Assembly: GCA_018714105.1 (NCBI GenBank)
Contig: DVNW01000021.1
Span: 63,900-127,899 of the forward strand
Length of the DNA: 64,000 nucleotides
Reading direction: 5' to 3'
Source of the DNA: Candidatus Faecicola pullistercoris
GTDB taxonomy: Bacteria > Bacillota > Clostridia > Christensenellales > CAG-917
Positions 15,329-25,900 of the stretch are shown here, piece after piece (position 1 is the first letter of the stretch; every line of letters begins with the position of its first letter). A model generated the notes under the pieces. The model made no database searches, was not told where the DNA came from, and saw only the letters and a program-made list of their open reading frames with translations. The translations under genes were made by a program, and so were the position numbers.

Positions 15329-15380
15329 CAAAGGCGTCTTTGAGATACCACTCTCGAAGGCGCCTTTGTCTATATTTTTA
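15329..15380 (+). promoter_or_regulatory. 5'-proximal leader hairpin (17-bp stem, hexaloop) plus U-rich tract upstream of glnN
   Basis: caaaggcgtctttgaga-taccac-tctcgaaggcgcctttg followed by tctatattttta. It shares the caaaggcg/cgcctttg stem base with the divergent leader. Confidence 0.55.
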
Positions 15381-15404
15381 TATTTTAACAAGGAGAATTA
15401 CATT

Positions 15405-17501
15405 ATGCAAACGGTAGCAGATTATTTCGGAAGTATGGTATTTGACGACCGCGTTATGCGCGCAACGCTTTCGGCGGAAGTTTACAGAAGTCTCAAAAAG
15501 ACTATTGACCAGGGAGCGCAACTCGATTTATCCGTTGCCAACGCCGTCGCGTCCGCAATGAAGGACTGGGCGGTTTCGAAGGGCGCTACTCACTATACGC
15601 ATTGGTTTCAGCCGCTGACGGGTATCACGGCCGAAAAGCACGACAGCTTTATAACGCCCGCTCCCGACGGCAGAGTAATAATGGAATTTTCGGGCAAGGA
15701 ACTTATCAAAGGCGAACCCGACGCCTCGTCCTTTCCCTCGGGCGGACTGAGAGCCACCTTCGAGGCTCGCGGATATACCGCATGGGACCCGACTTCGTAC
15801 GCGTTTATCAAGGGCAAAACGCTTTGTATACCTACTGCGTTCTGTTCGTACGGCGGAGACGCTCTCGACAAGAAAACCCCGCTTCTGCGTTCGATGGAGG
15901 CGCTCAACAGGCAGGCTATGCGTATCCTTAAACTGTTCGGGAACAAAAACGTAAAATGCGTTAGAACGTCGGTAGGGCCCGAACAGGAATATTTCCTTGT
16001 GCCCAAGGAGCTTTACGACAAGCGCAAGGACCTGATTTACACGGGGCGCACTCTGTTCGGCGCCAAACCGCCGAAGGGGCAGGAAATGGACGACCATTAT
16101 TTCGGCGTCATCAAGCCGCGCGTGGCCGCGTTCATGGACGACCTCAACGAGGAACTCTGGAAACTCGGCGTACTGGCCAAAACCGAACATAACGAAGTTT
16201 CGCCGGCTCAACACGAACTCGCGCCCGTATTTTCAACCACAAACATAGCGACGGACCATAACCAGCTTACTATGGAAATTATGCAGAAGGTGGCGGCAAG
16301 ACACGGCCTGGTTTGCCTGCTGCACGAAAAGCCTTTTGCCGGCGTGAACGGAAGCGGCAAACATAACAACTGGTCCATAGCCACGGACAAGGGAGTAAAC
16401 CTGCTTACCCCCGGCGAAACGCCTCACGAAAACGCGCAGTTCCTGCTTTTCCTTTGCGCCGTATTAAAGGCCGTGGACGATTATCAGGACCTTCTGCGCA
16501 TAGCAGTGGCGACTGCCGGCAACGACCACAGGCTTGGCGCGAACGAAGCTCCTCCCGCAGTGGTTTCGGTATTTTTGGGAGACGAGCTGACCGCAATACT
16601 CGACGCCATAGAAAACGACCTTCCTTACAGCGGGACAAAAAAGAAACTTCTTAAACTCGGCGTAGACGTTCTGCCACTGTTCCCGAAAGACACAACCGAC
16701 AGAAACCGTACTTCACCGTTCGCTTTTACCGGTAATAAGTTTGAGTTCCGTATGTTGGGCTCTTCAAACAGCATTGCCTGCGCAAACATTATGCTTAACA
16801 GCGCGGTGGCCGAATCGCTTAAAATTTATGCCGACAGACTTGAAGACGCCAAGGACTTCAACACGGCCCTTCACGCCATGATCAAAAAGACGATTAAGGA
16901 CCATAAGCGCATAATATTCAACGGCAACGGCTATGACGACGCCTGGATAGAAGAGGCAACTCTGAAGCGCGGATTGCTGAATTATCCCACTACGCCGGAC
17001 TGTATGCCTCACCTGATGGATAAAAAGAACGTGGATATGCTTACTTCTCACGGCGTTTATTCGGAAAAGGAACTTGCTTCCAGATGCGACATAATGCTTG
17101 AAAACTACTGCAAGACTGTTGTTATAGAAGCGTCTACCATGATAGACATGGCGCAGAAACAGATTATTCCCGCAGTGGAAAAATACGCGGCGTCGGTAGC
17201 GCGGGCGGCGGTTTCCAAACAGACTTTGTTACCCGACATCGACTGCGGCTACGAAAAAGAACTGGTAAAGACGCTTTCATGCCTGACGGCTCAGGCCTCG
17301 GCAAAAACAGCCGCTCTCAAAGCGGCGTTGGAAAAGGTCAGGGTGGCTTCTTCCGTTACCGAAGAGGCGTTTGCCATACGGGACGGGCTTCTGCCTGCGA
17401 TGAACGAGCTCAGGGCTGTCGCGGACGAGGCGGAAACGCGTACTGCCGAAGAATTCTGGCCCTTCCCGACGTACGGCGAACTGCTTTTCGGCGTCAGATA
17501 A
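15405..17501 (+). CDS. glnN: glutamine synthetase type III (698 aa), copy 1
   Basis: Start at MQTVADYF with RBS aaggaga. GS-III length and motifs ([56 protein letters not shown]). Confidence 0.9.
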   Translation: MQTVADYFGSMVFDDRVMRATLSAEVYRSLKKTIDQGAQLDLSVANAVASAMKDWAVSKGATHYTHWFQPLTGITAEKHDSFITPAPDGRVIMEFSGKELIKGEPDASSFPSGGLRATFEARGYTAWDPTSYAFIKGKTLCIPTAFCSYGGDALDKKTPLLRSMEALNRQAMRILKLFGNKNVKCVRTSVGPEQEYFLVPKELYDKRKDLIYTGRTLFGAKPPKGQEMDDHYFGVIKPRVAAFMDDLNEELWKLGVLAKTEHNEVSPAQHELAPVFSTTNIATDHNQLTMEIMQKVAARHGLVCLLHEKPFAGVNGSGKHNNWSIATDKGVNLLTPGETPHENAQFLLFLCAVLKAVDDYQDLLRIAVATAGNDHRLGANEAPPAVVSVFLGDELTAILDAIENDLPYSGTKKKLLKLGVDVLPLFPKDTTDRNRTSPFAFTGNKFEFRMLGSSNSIACANIMLNSAVAESLKIYADRLEDAKDFNTALHAMIKKTIKDHKRIIFNGNGYDDAWIEEATLKRGLLNYPTTPDCMPHLMDKKNVDMLTSHGVYSEKELASRCDIMLENYCKTVVIEASTMIDMAQKQIIPAVEKYAASVARAAVSKQTLLPDIDCGYEKELVKTLSCLTAQASAKTAALKAALEKVRVASSVTEEAFAIRDGLLPAMNELRAVADEAETRTAEEFWPFPTYGELLFGVR

Positions 17502-17522
17502 AATATCGAGGGAGATAGGTAT

Positions 17523-20725
<3,203 letters not shown>

Positions 20726-20738
20726 CGCCGATACAAAA

Positions 20739-20768
20739 CTTCCGACGCCCGTTCGGAAGTTTTTTATT
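20739..20768 (+). terminator. intrinsic terminator after pyrG
   Basis: cttccga-cgcccgt-tcggaag-ttttttatt. This is the first terminator after the glnN promoter. Confidence 0.75.
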
Positions 20769-20858
20769 CGGCCCGATTTTGCAGTCAACGGCCGGCAAAT
20801 AGTTGTATTGAGTACTTATTTGTGTTATAATGACACCGTTTGAAAAGAGGTAAGGTTT

Positions 20859-21563
20859 ATGCTTCCCGACTATCGCACGGCTTCCGGAAAACAAAAACTG
20901 ACGCTTGCGCTCATTTTATTCGCAAGCTATTTCAAGATCGGTCTTTTCACCTTTGGCGGCGGGTACGCCATGATTGCGCTTATCGAAAGGGAATTCGTAA
21001 GCAGAAAAAAGTGGATAACCACTCCCGAGCTTTACGAAATCATCGCGATATCCGAATCCACTCCCGGGCCTATAGCAATTAACTGCGCTACCTTCGTAGG
21101 GTATAAAATATTGAAATTTTACGGTTCTTTTCTGGCGACGCTTGCCGTTTGCATACCGTCTTTTGTGATAATTTACCTGATTTCGGTATTCTACGACGCC
21201 TTTATGGCGCTTACCGCGGTGCAGTACGCTTTCGAGGGAATAAAGGTCGGAATCGCCGTAATGATTACGACGGCGGGCGTAAAAATGATAAAACAGGCCG
21301 AAAAAGACGCCTTTGCCAAGGGCGTTTTCCTTCTTTCGTTTGCTGCGGCAGTGGCGATAGATATATTCAAACTCAACTTTTCCACCATATACCTTATATT
21401 GATAGGCGGCGCGCTGGGTATAACGTTACAGCTGATATCCGACGTCGTAAAGAGGAAGAAGAATCCGCCGACGTCGAAAGACGGAGATATACCCGACGGC
21501 GCGAACGGAGAAACTCCGTTTTCGGGGGATGCGCGGGAGCGATCGGAGGAGGAAGGGAAATGA
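20859..21563 (+). CDS. chrA: chromate transporter family protein (short-chain, half 1)
   Basis: FGGGYAMIALIEREFV and ESTPGPIAIN motifs. Its stop overlaps the start of the second half-gene. Confidence 0.8.
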   Translation: MLPDYRTASGKQKLTLALILFASYFKIGLFTFGGGYAMIALIEREFVSRKKWITTPELYEIIAISESTPGPIAINCATFVGYKILKFYGSFLATLAVCIPSFVIIYLISVFYDAFMALTAVQYAFEGIKVGIAVMITTAGVKMIKQAEKDAFAKGVFLLSFAAAVAIDIFKLNFSTIYLILIGGALGITLQLISDVVKRKKNPPTSKDGDIPDGANGETPFSGDARERSEEEGK

Positions 21564-22138
21564 ACGTTTATCTCGAACTTTTTCTGGTGTTTCTCAAAAT
21601 AGGCGCGGTGTCATTCGGCGGCGGATACGGTATGATTTCCTTGCTTTCGCAGGAAGTAACCTCGCGAGGCTGGCTGACGGACGACGCGTTGTGGAATTAC
21701 ATCGCCATAGCCGAGTCCACGCCCGGCCCGATTGCGGTAAACATAGCCACTTTTATAGGAAGCGCGCAAGGCGGTTTCTGGGGAAGCCTGCTGGCCACCA
21801 CTGGCATAGTACTGCCCGCGTTCTGTATAATACTTATAATTGCTACCGTTTTTAAAAATTTCAGTAAAAACAAATACGTCAAGGCGGCCTTTACGGGTAT
21901 TACTCCCGTAATATGGGGGCTGATAATTTCCACGGGACTGCTTCTGGTCGTAAAATGCCTGTACGCAAATTATAACGATTTCGAGGTAAAAGGAGACTTT
22001 AACTGGCGCGCGCTGATAATACTGACAATAGTGATTGCGGTTACCGTATGTTACCGATTAATGCGCAGGAAAAGCATGCCGCCGATAGCCGTTATATTGA
22101 TTTCCGCTGCAGCGGGAATGGTATACTTTATACCTTAA
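21560..22138 (+). CDS. chrA: chromate transporter family protein (short-chain, half 2)
   Basis: Start at MNVYLELFLVFLKIGAVSFGGGYGM (ATGA overlap). ESTPGPIAVN motif. Confidence 0.8.
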   Translation: MNVYLELFLVFLKIGAVSFGGGYGMISLLSQEVTSRGWLTDDALWNYIAIAESTPGPIAVNIATFIGSAQGGFWGSLLATTGIVLPAFCIILIIATVFKNFSKNKYVKAAFTGITPVIWGLIISTGLLLVVKCLYANYNDFEVKGDFNWRALIILTIVIAVTVCYRLMRRKSMPPIAVILISAAAGMVYFIP

Positions 22139-22169
22139 TAAGCATTTTATACTTGTAATATAATATGAT

Positions 22170-22199
22170 AAAGTCCGTTTTTGCGGACTTTATTTTTTT
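22170..22199 (+). terminator. intrinsic terminator after the chrA pair
   Basis: aaagtccg-tttttg-cggacttt-attttttt. Confidence 0.7.
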
Positions 22200-22257
22200 A
22201 GTCCGGCCGGTGTTTACAAACGCGGAGCGAAGCGCATATATTGTAAAAGAGGTATTT

Positions 22258-23223
22258 ATGGTAAACAAGAACGGAAAATTTTGCGGTTTATCTAGCGGTG
22301 ATTTATGCGGTAAATGCGCCGGACACTGTATAATACGATTCGTAACCGGACCTGCAGGGCCTGCAGGGCCTGCAGGTCCTGCGGGCGCGGACGGCAAGGA
22401 CGGACTCGACGGGCCCACGGGGCCTCAGGGCGCAACGGGCGCAACAGGGCCTGCGGGAGCAACAGGGCCTGCGGGAGCCGACGGGGCGACGGGCGCAACC
22501 GGCCCTGCCGGATTCGAAGCGGTTAACCCTTACGAATTGTACGTGAGGGCGGGTAATACGGGCGGCGACGGTTCGCGGACAAATCCCTTTGCAACAGTGC
22601 AGGAGGCGTACGCCCGAGTATTGCCGCACGGCACCGTCATAATAGAGGCGGGAGACTATCCTTTTACCCAAACGCTTAACTTTGCCAAGGACGACGTAAC
22701 CGTATTCGGCCGTAACGGGGCGCGTATAATATTGCAGGCGGCGACGATTCCCTTTCTGATTACGGGCAGCAATTTCACTTTGTCGGGGCTTACTTTCACA
22801 AGCGACAACCCGTATCCCGTAGAGTTCGTGCAGATAGGGGGAGACAACGCTCTCGTGGACGGAAACGTGTTTTTCGGACCCGACCAATCGGGCCCGTCTA
22901 CCGGTTGGGTAGTAAACAGGGGCGTGGTTACACAGAATTCGGTAAGCGGACTCAGAATGATTAACAATCTGTTTTACTCGCTAAGGCAGCCGGCATATTT
23001 CAATCCTTCCTCTTCGGGGAACGTGCTGTACAATACCGTTTACAATACTCGCGGTTTTGTGGTGGACGGAGCGTTTATGCAGTTTTCGGGTAATTCCTGG
23101 GGCTCGCCCGCCAATGCCGTGGATATAGCTTTGCTTTCGGGCACTACGTCGGGCGTGCCGTACGATTCCGTCCCTGCTCTGGAAGCGTCGAATTCTTCCG
23201 CAAACGTAAGCGACCAGAGATAA
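22258..23223 (+). CDS. collagen-like (G-X-Y) repeat protein with C-terminal right-handed beta-helix (pectate-lyase/DUF1565-like) domain
   Basis: Start at MVNKNGK. A Cys-rich N-terminus (CGLSSGDLCGKCAGHC), 18 G-X-Y triplets, then NPFATVQEAYARV..GTVIIEAGDY..FTLSGLTF..NALVDGNVF, typical of parallel beta-helix proteins. Confidence 0.7.
   Translation: MVNKNGKFCGLSSGDLCGKCAGHCIIRFVTGPAGPAGPAGPAGADGKDGLDGPTGPQGATGATGPAGATGPAGADGATGATGPAGFEAVNPYELYVRAGNTGGDGSRTNPFATVQEAYARVLPHGTVIIEAGDYPFTQTLNFAKDDVTVFGRNGARIILQAATIPFLITGSNFTLSGLTFTSDNPYPVEFVQIGGDNALVDGNVFFGPDQSGPSTGWVVNRGVVTQNSVSGLRMINNLFYSLRQPAYFNPSSSGNVLYNTVYNTRGFVVDGAFMQFSGNSWGSPANAVDIALLSGTTSGVPYDSVPALEASNSSANVSDQR
22348..22512 (+). repeat. G-X-Y coding tandem repeats (9-nt periodicity, GPA/GAT units)
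   Basis: ggacctgcagggcctgcagggcctgcaggtcctgcgggc... encodes GPAGPAGPAGPAGADGKDGLDGPTGPQGATGATGPAGATGPAGADGATGATGPAG. Confidence 0.9.
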
Positions 23224-23230
23224 ACGGGTG

Positions 23231-23266
23231 TTGACTGTCGGCAAATATATGTTATAATTATAACAT
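23231..23266 (+). promoter_or_regulatory. promoter of the GH3 gene overlapped by an 18-bp perfect palindrome (putative operator)
   Basis: TTGACT, a 16-nt spacer, then TATAAT. The palindrome ATGTTATAATTATAACAT (23249-23266) covers the -10 box. Confidence 0.5.
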
Positions 23267-23289
23267 CAATAATATCCGGCGGTAAAATT

Positions 23290-25722
23290 ATGAGCGGACT
23301 TTTAGACAAAATCAAAGAAAAAATAGGCAATCTGGCAAACGCCACCGTAGGCAATACCCTTGCGCAAAAAGAAAACGCGCAGGCCGACGGACAAGCCTTA
23401 CAGGTGAAAAAAGAACATTCCGAAACTCTTTTGCGGGCGGCGGCAGAGGGCGCAGTTCTGCTTAAAAACAAAGGCGTTCTTCCCCTGAAAGGAAGAACCA
23501 CGGTATTCGGAAGGTGCCAGTACGATTGGTTTTATACGGGTTACGGTTCGGGCGGCGACGTTATCGCGCCTTATAAAAGAGATCTGATAAAAGGACTGCT
23601 TGACTACGGCGCCGATATCGACAGGGATACGGCGGAATTATATCGCAGACTCGTAAAAGACAATCCCGCAAAGCACGGAGTATGGGGCCACTGGCCGCGC
23701 TGTCACGAAGAATTTATGCTTCCCGACGCCGTATATAACGCGGCGGCGGACAGGTCGGAGTGCGCCGTGGTGGTTATAGGCCGATCGTCGGGCGAGGACA
23801 GGGAAAACCTAGAAAAAAAGGGCAGTTACTATCTGACGGACAACGAAATAATACTGCTTGATAAAGTTACCGAGCGCTTTAAGAAAACGGCCGTAGTGTT
23901 CAATATCGGCAGCCTTATCGATTTTTCCTTTATAGAGGAGCGTTACGGCGATAAAATAGGCGCAGCGCTGATCGTATGGCAGGGCGGCATGGAAAGCGGC
24001 AACGCTGCCGCCGCTTTGCTGACGGGAGCGATAAGCCCGTCGGGAAGACTGTCCGATACGGTGGCGGTAAAATACGGGTATTATCCCTCAGCGCCATTTT
24101 TCGGAGCAAAAAAACGCAATTTTTACAGCGAGGATATTTACGTAGGGTACAGGTATTTTGAAACTTTTTACAAGGATCGCGTACTGTATCCGTTCGGGTA
24201 CGGTTTAAGTTATACGACATTCGAAAATTCCTTTGTTTTTTCAAAAACCGACGATTACAATGCAGTTTTAAAATATAAAGTTAAGAATACGGGTAAATAT
24301 GCTTCCAAACAAGTAATACAGGTCTACGTAAAAAAACCGGCAGGATTCTTGAACAAGCCCGCCAGAGAGCTGGTCGCGTTCAAAAAGACGGGTGAAATAG
24401 CGCCCGGGGCCGAAGAAGAAGGCGAAATCGCTTTGAATCTGCAATATGCAGCCTGTTTCGACGGCGAAGGCAAAACGGAATTTCCGTTCAGGTTCGTGCT
24501 TGAAAAAGGCATTTACGAGTTTTTCGCGGGAGAAAACGTCAGGGAAGCCGTAAAAGCAGGCGAATGGGAAGTCCCGAAAACCCTTGCCGTATCGGAAGAA
24601 AGCCGTTGCGCTACGGCCGAATCGGCATTTTCGGTGCTTGACGACGATAACGGCAAGCCCGTTTTCAGACGGCTTGAAGAAAAACCGTTCAATCTGAAAG
24701 ATTATATAGAACGGAACTTGCCGCCTAAAATTCCGCAGACGGGCGACAAGGGGTTTAAGTTAAAAGACGTCAAGAACGGCACAATTACCGCCGAAGAATT
24801 CGTCGCTCAGCTTTCGGTTGAGGAACTGGAAGCTCTCAGCCGCGGAGAAGGCGGTATGGACAGCCCTCTGGGCCCGAAAGGCAATGCCGGCGTTTTCGGA
24901 GGAGTTTTGCCCTCGCTGAGGGAAAAGGGAATTCCGCCCGTTACCACTACCGACGGGCCTTCGGGTATCCGTCTTAAAGCGCAGTGTTCGCTTATTCCGA
25001 CAGGTACTTTGCTTGCATGCACTTTCAATACCGAGCTGGTTGAAGAAGTATTCGCCCTGATAGGAAACGAAATGAAGGAGCGTAAATCCGACGTACTTCT
25101 GGCGCCGGGCATGAATATACACCGCAATCCGTTATGCGGAAGAAACTTCGAATACTATTCCGAAGATCCGTTGCTTACGGGCAAAACGGGCGCTGCCGCG
25201 GTACGGGGATTACAGTCCGCAGGCGTTGCGGCATGTCCCAAGCATTTCGCTTGCAACAATCAGGAATATAACCGTAACAAAAACGATTCGGCCGTATCGT
25301 CGAGGGCGTTGAGGGAGATATATCTCAAAGGTTTCGAAATCTGCGTAAAGGAAAGCAGGCCCTTGTGCATAATGACTTCGTATAACAAAATCAACGGAGT
25401 ATGGGCGCACTACAATTACGAACTTTGCAGCATCGTTCTCAGAAAAGAATGGGGATTCGACGGACTTATCATGACCGACTGGTGGATGCAACCTTCTAAA
25501 ATGCCCGAATATCCCGCTCTTAAAAACAATGCTTACCGCATCAGGGCAGGGGTAAATCTGCTGATGCCGGGCGGAAAATCCTTCTTCAATAAAAAGGCCG
25601 ACGGTTCGGCTCTCAGAGTGTCGGACGCTTCGGCAACCCTTACCGTTGCCGAACTTCAGCGCAACGCCGTATTCGTGCTAGACGCGGTAATGCGCTCCGG
25701 GGCGTTCGGCAGGGACGACTGA
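23290..25722 (+). CDS. glycoside hydrolase family 3 (beta-glucosidase/xylosidase-like), permuted domain order
   Basis: The GH3 C-terminal-type alpha/beta sandwich and Fn3-like region come first. The catalytic N-type domain comes last (KHFACNNQEYNRN, GLIMTDWW with the putative nucleophile Asp). Confidence 0.8.
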   Translation: MSGLLDKIKEKIGNLANATVGNTLAQKENAQADGQALQVKKEHSETLLRAAAEGAVLLKNKGVLPLKGRTTVFGRCQYDWFYTGYGSGGDVIAPYKRDLIKGLLDYGADIDRDTAELYRRLVKDNPAKHGVWGHWPRCHEEFMLPDAVYNAAADRSECAVVVIGRSSGEDRENLEKKGSYYLTDNEIILLDKVTERFKKTAVVFNIGSLIDFSFIEERYGDKIGAALIVWQGGMESGNAAAALLTGAISPSGRLSDTVAVKYGYYPSAPFFGAKKRNFYSEDIYVGYRYFETFYKDRVLYPFGYGLSYTTFENSFVFSKTDDYNAVLKYKVKNTGKYASKQVIQVYVKKPAGFLNKPARELVAFKKTGEIAPGAEEEGEIALNLQYAACFDGEGKTEFPFRFVLEKGIYEFFAGENVREAVKAGEWEVPKTLAVSEESRCATAESAFSVLDDDNGKPVFRRLEEKPFNLKDYIERNLPPKIPQTGDKGFKLKDVKNGTITAEEFVAQLSVEELEALSRGEGGMDSPLGPKGNAGVFGGVLPSLREKGIPPVTTTDGPSGIRLKAQCSLIPTGTLLACTFNTELVEEVFALIGNEMKERKSDVLLAPGMNIHRNPLCGRNFEYYSEDPLLTGKTGAAAVRGLQSAGVAACPKHFACNNQEYNRNKNDSAVSSRALREIYLKGFEICVKESRPLCIMTSYNKINGVWAHYNYELCSIVLRKEWGFDGLIMTDWWMQPSKMPEYPALKNNAYRIRAGVNLLMPGGKSFFNKKADGSALRVSDASATLTVAELQRNAVFVLDAVMRSGAFGRDD

Positions 25723-25783
25723 AAAAAGGTCCGCGTTCGGGAGGAAGAGCGCGCTTAAAAATATGCCTTTTTTCTTCCCGCTA

Positions 25784-25812
25784 TTGATATTTAGTATTTT
25801 GTTTGCTATAAT
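25784..25812 (+). promoter_or_regulatory. strong sigma-A promoter dedicated to the giant helicase gene
   Basis: TTGATA, a 17-nt spacer ending in tgc (extended -10), then TATAAT. A leader of about 85 nt follows, with a ggcgca/tgcgcc hairpin. Confidence 0.6.
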
Positions 25813-25900
25813 TTATATAATGGATTTTTACTCTGTGTTTGCAGGGCGCACTTAACCGGGCCTTGCGCCGCAATTTTATTACCATTTCAAAGGAGCTTTT

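Noticed and set aside
15126-15380. The canonical ANTAR dual-hexaloop (A..G.. loops) target motif in the two nitrogen leaders.
   Set aside because: I could not find two adjacent short stems with such hexaloops by eye. The apical loops are uaccac and an AU-rich apex. I keep the hairpins as regulatory candidates but do not call them ANTAR sites.
21149-21559. A 329-aa ORF suggesting one long second chromate-transporter gene.
   Set aside because: Its first 137 codons overlap chrA half 1 in another frame and are Arg-rich nonsense. The family-typical start MNVYLELFLVFLKIGAVSFGGGYG at 21560 overlaps the upstream stop.
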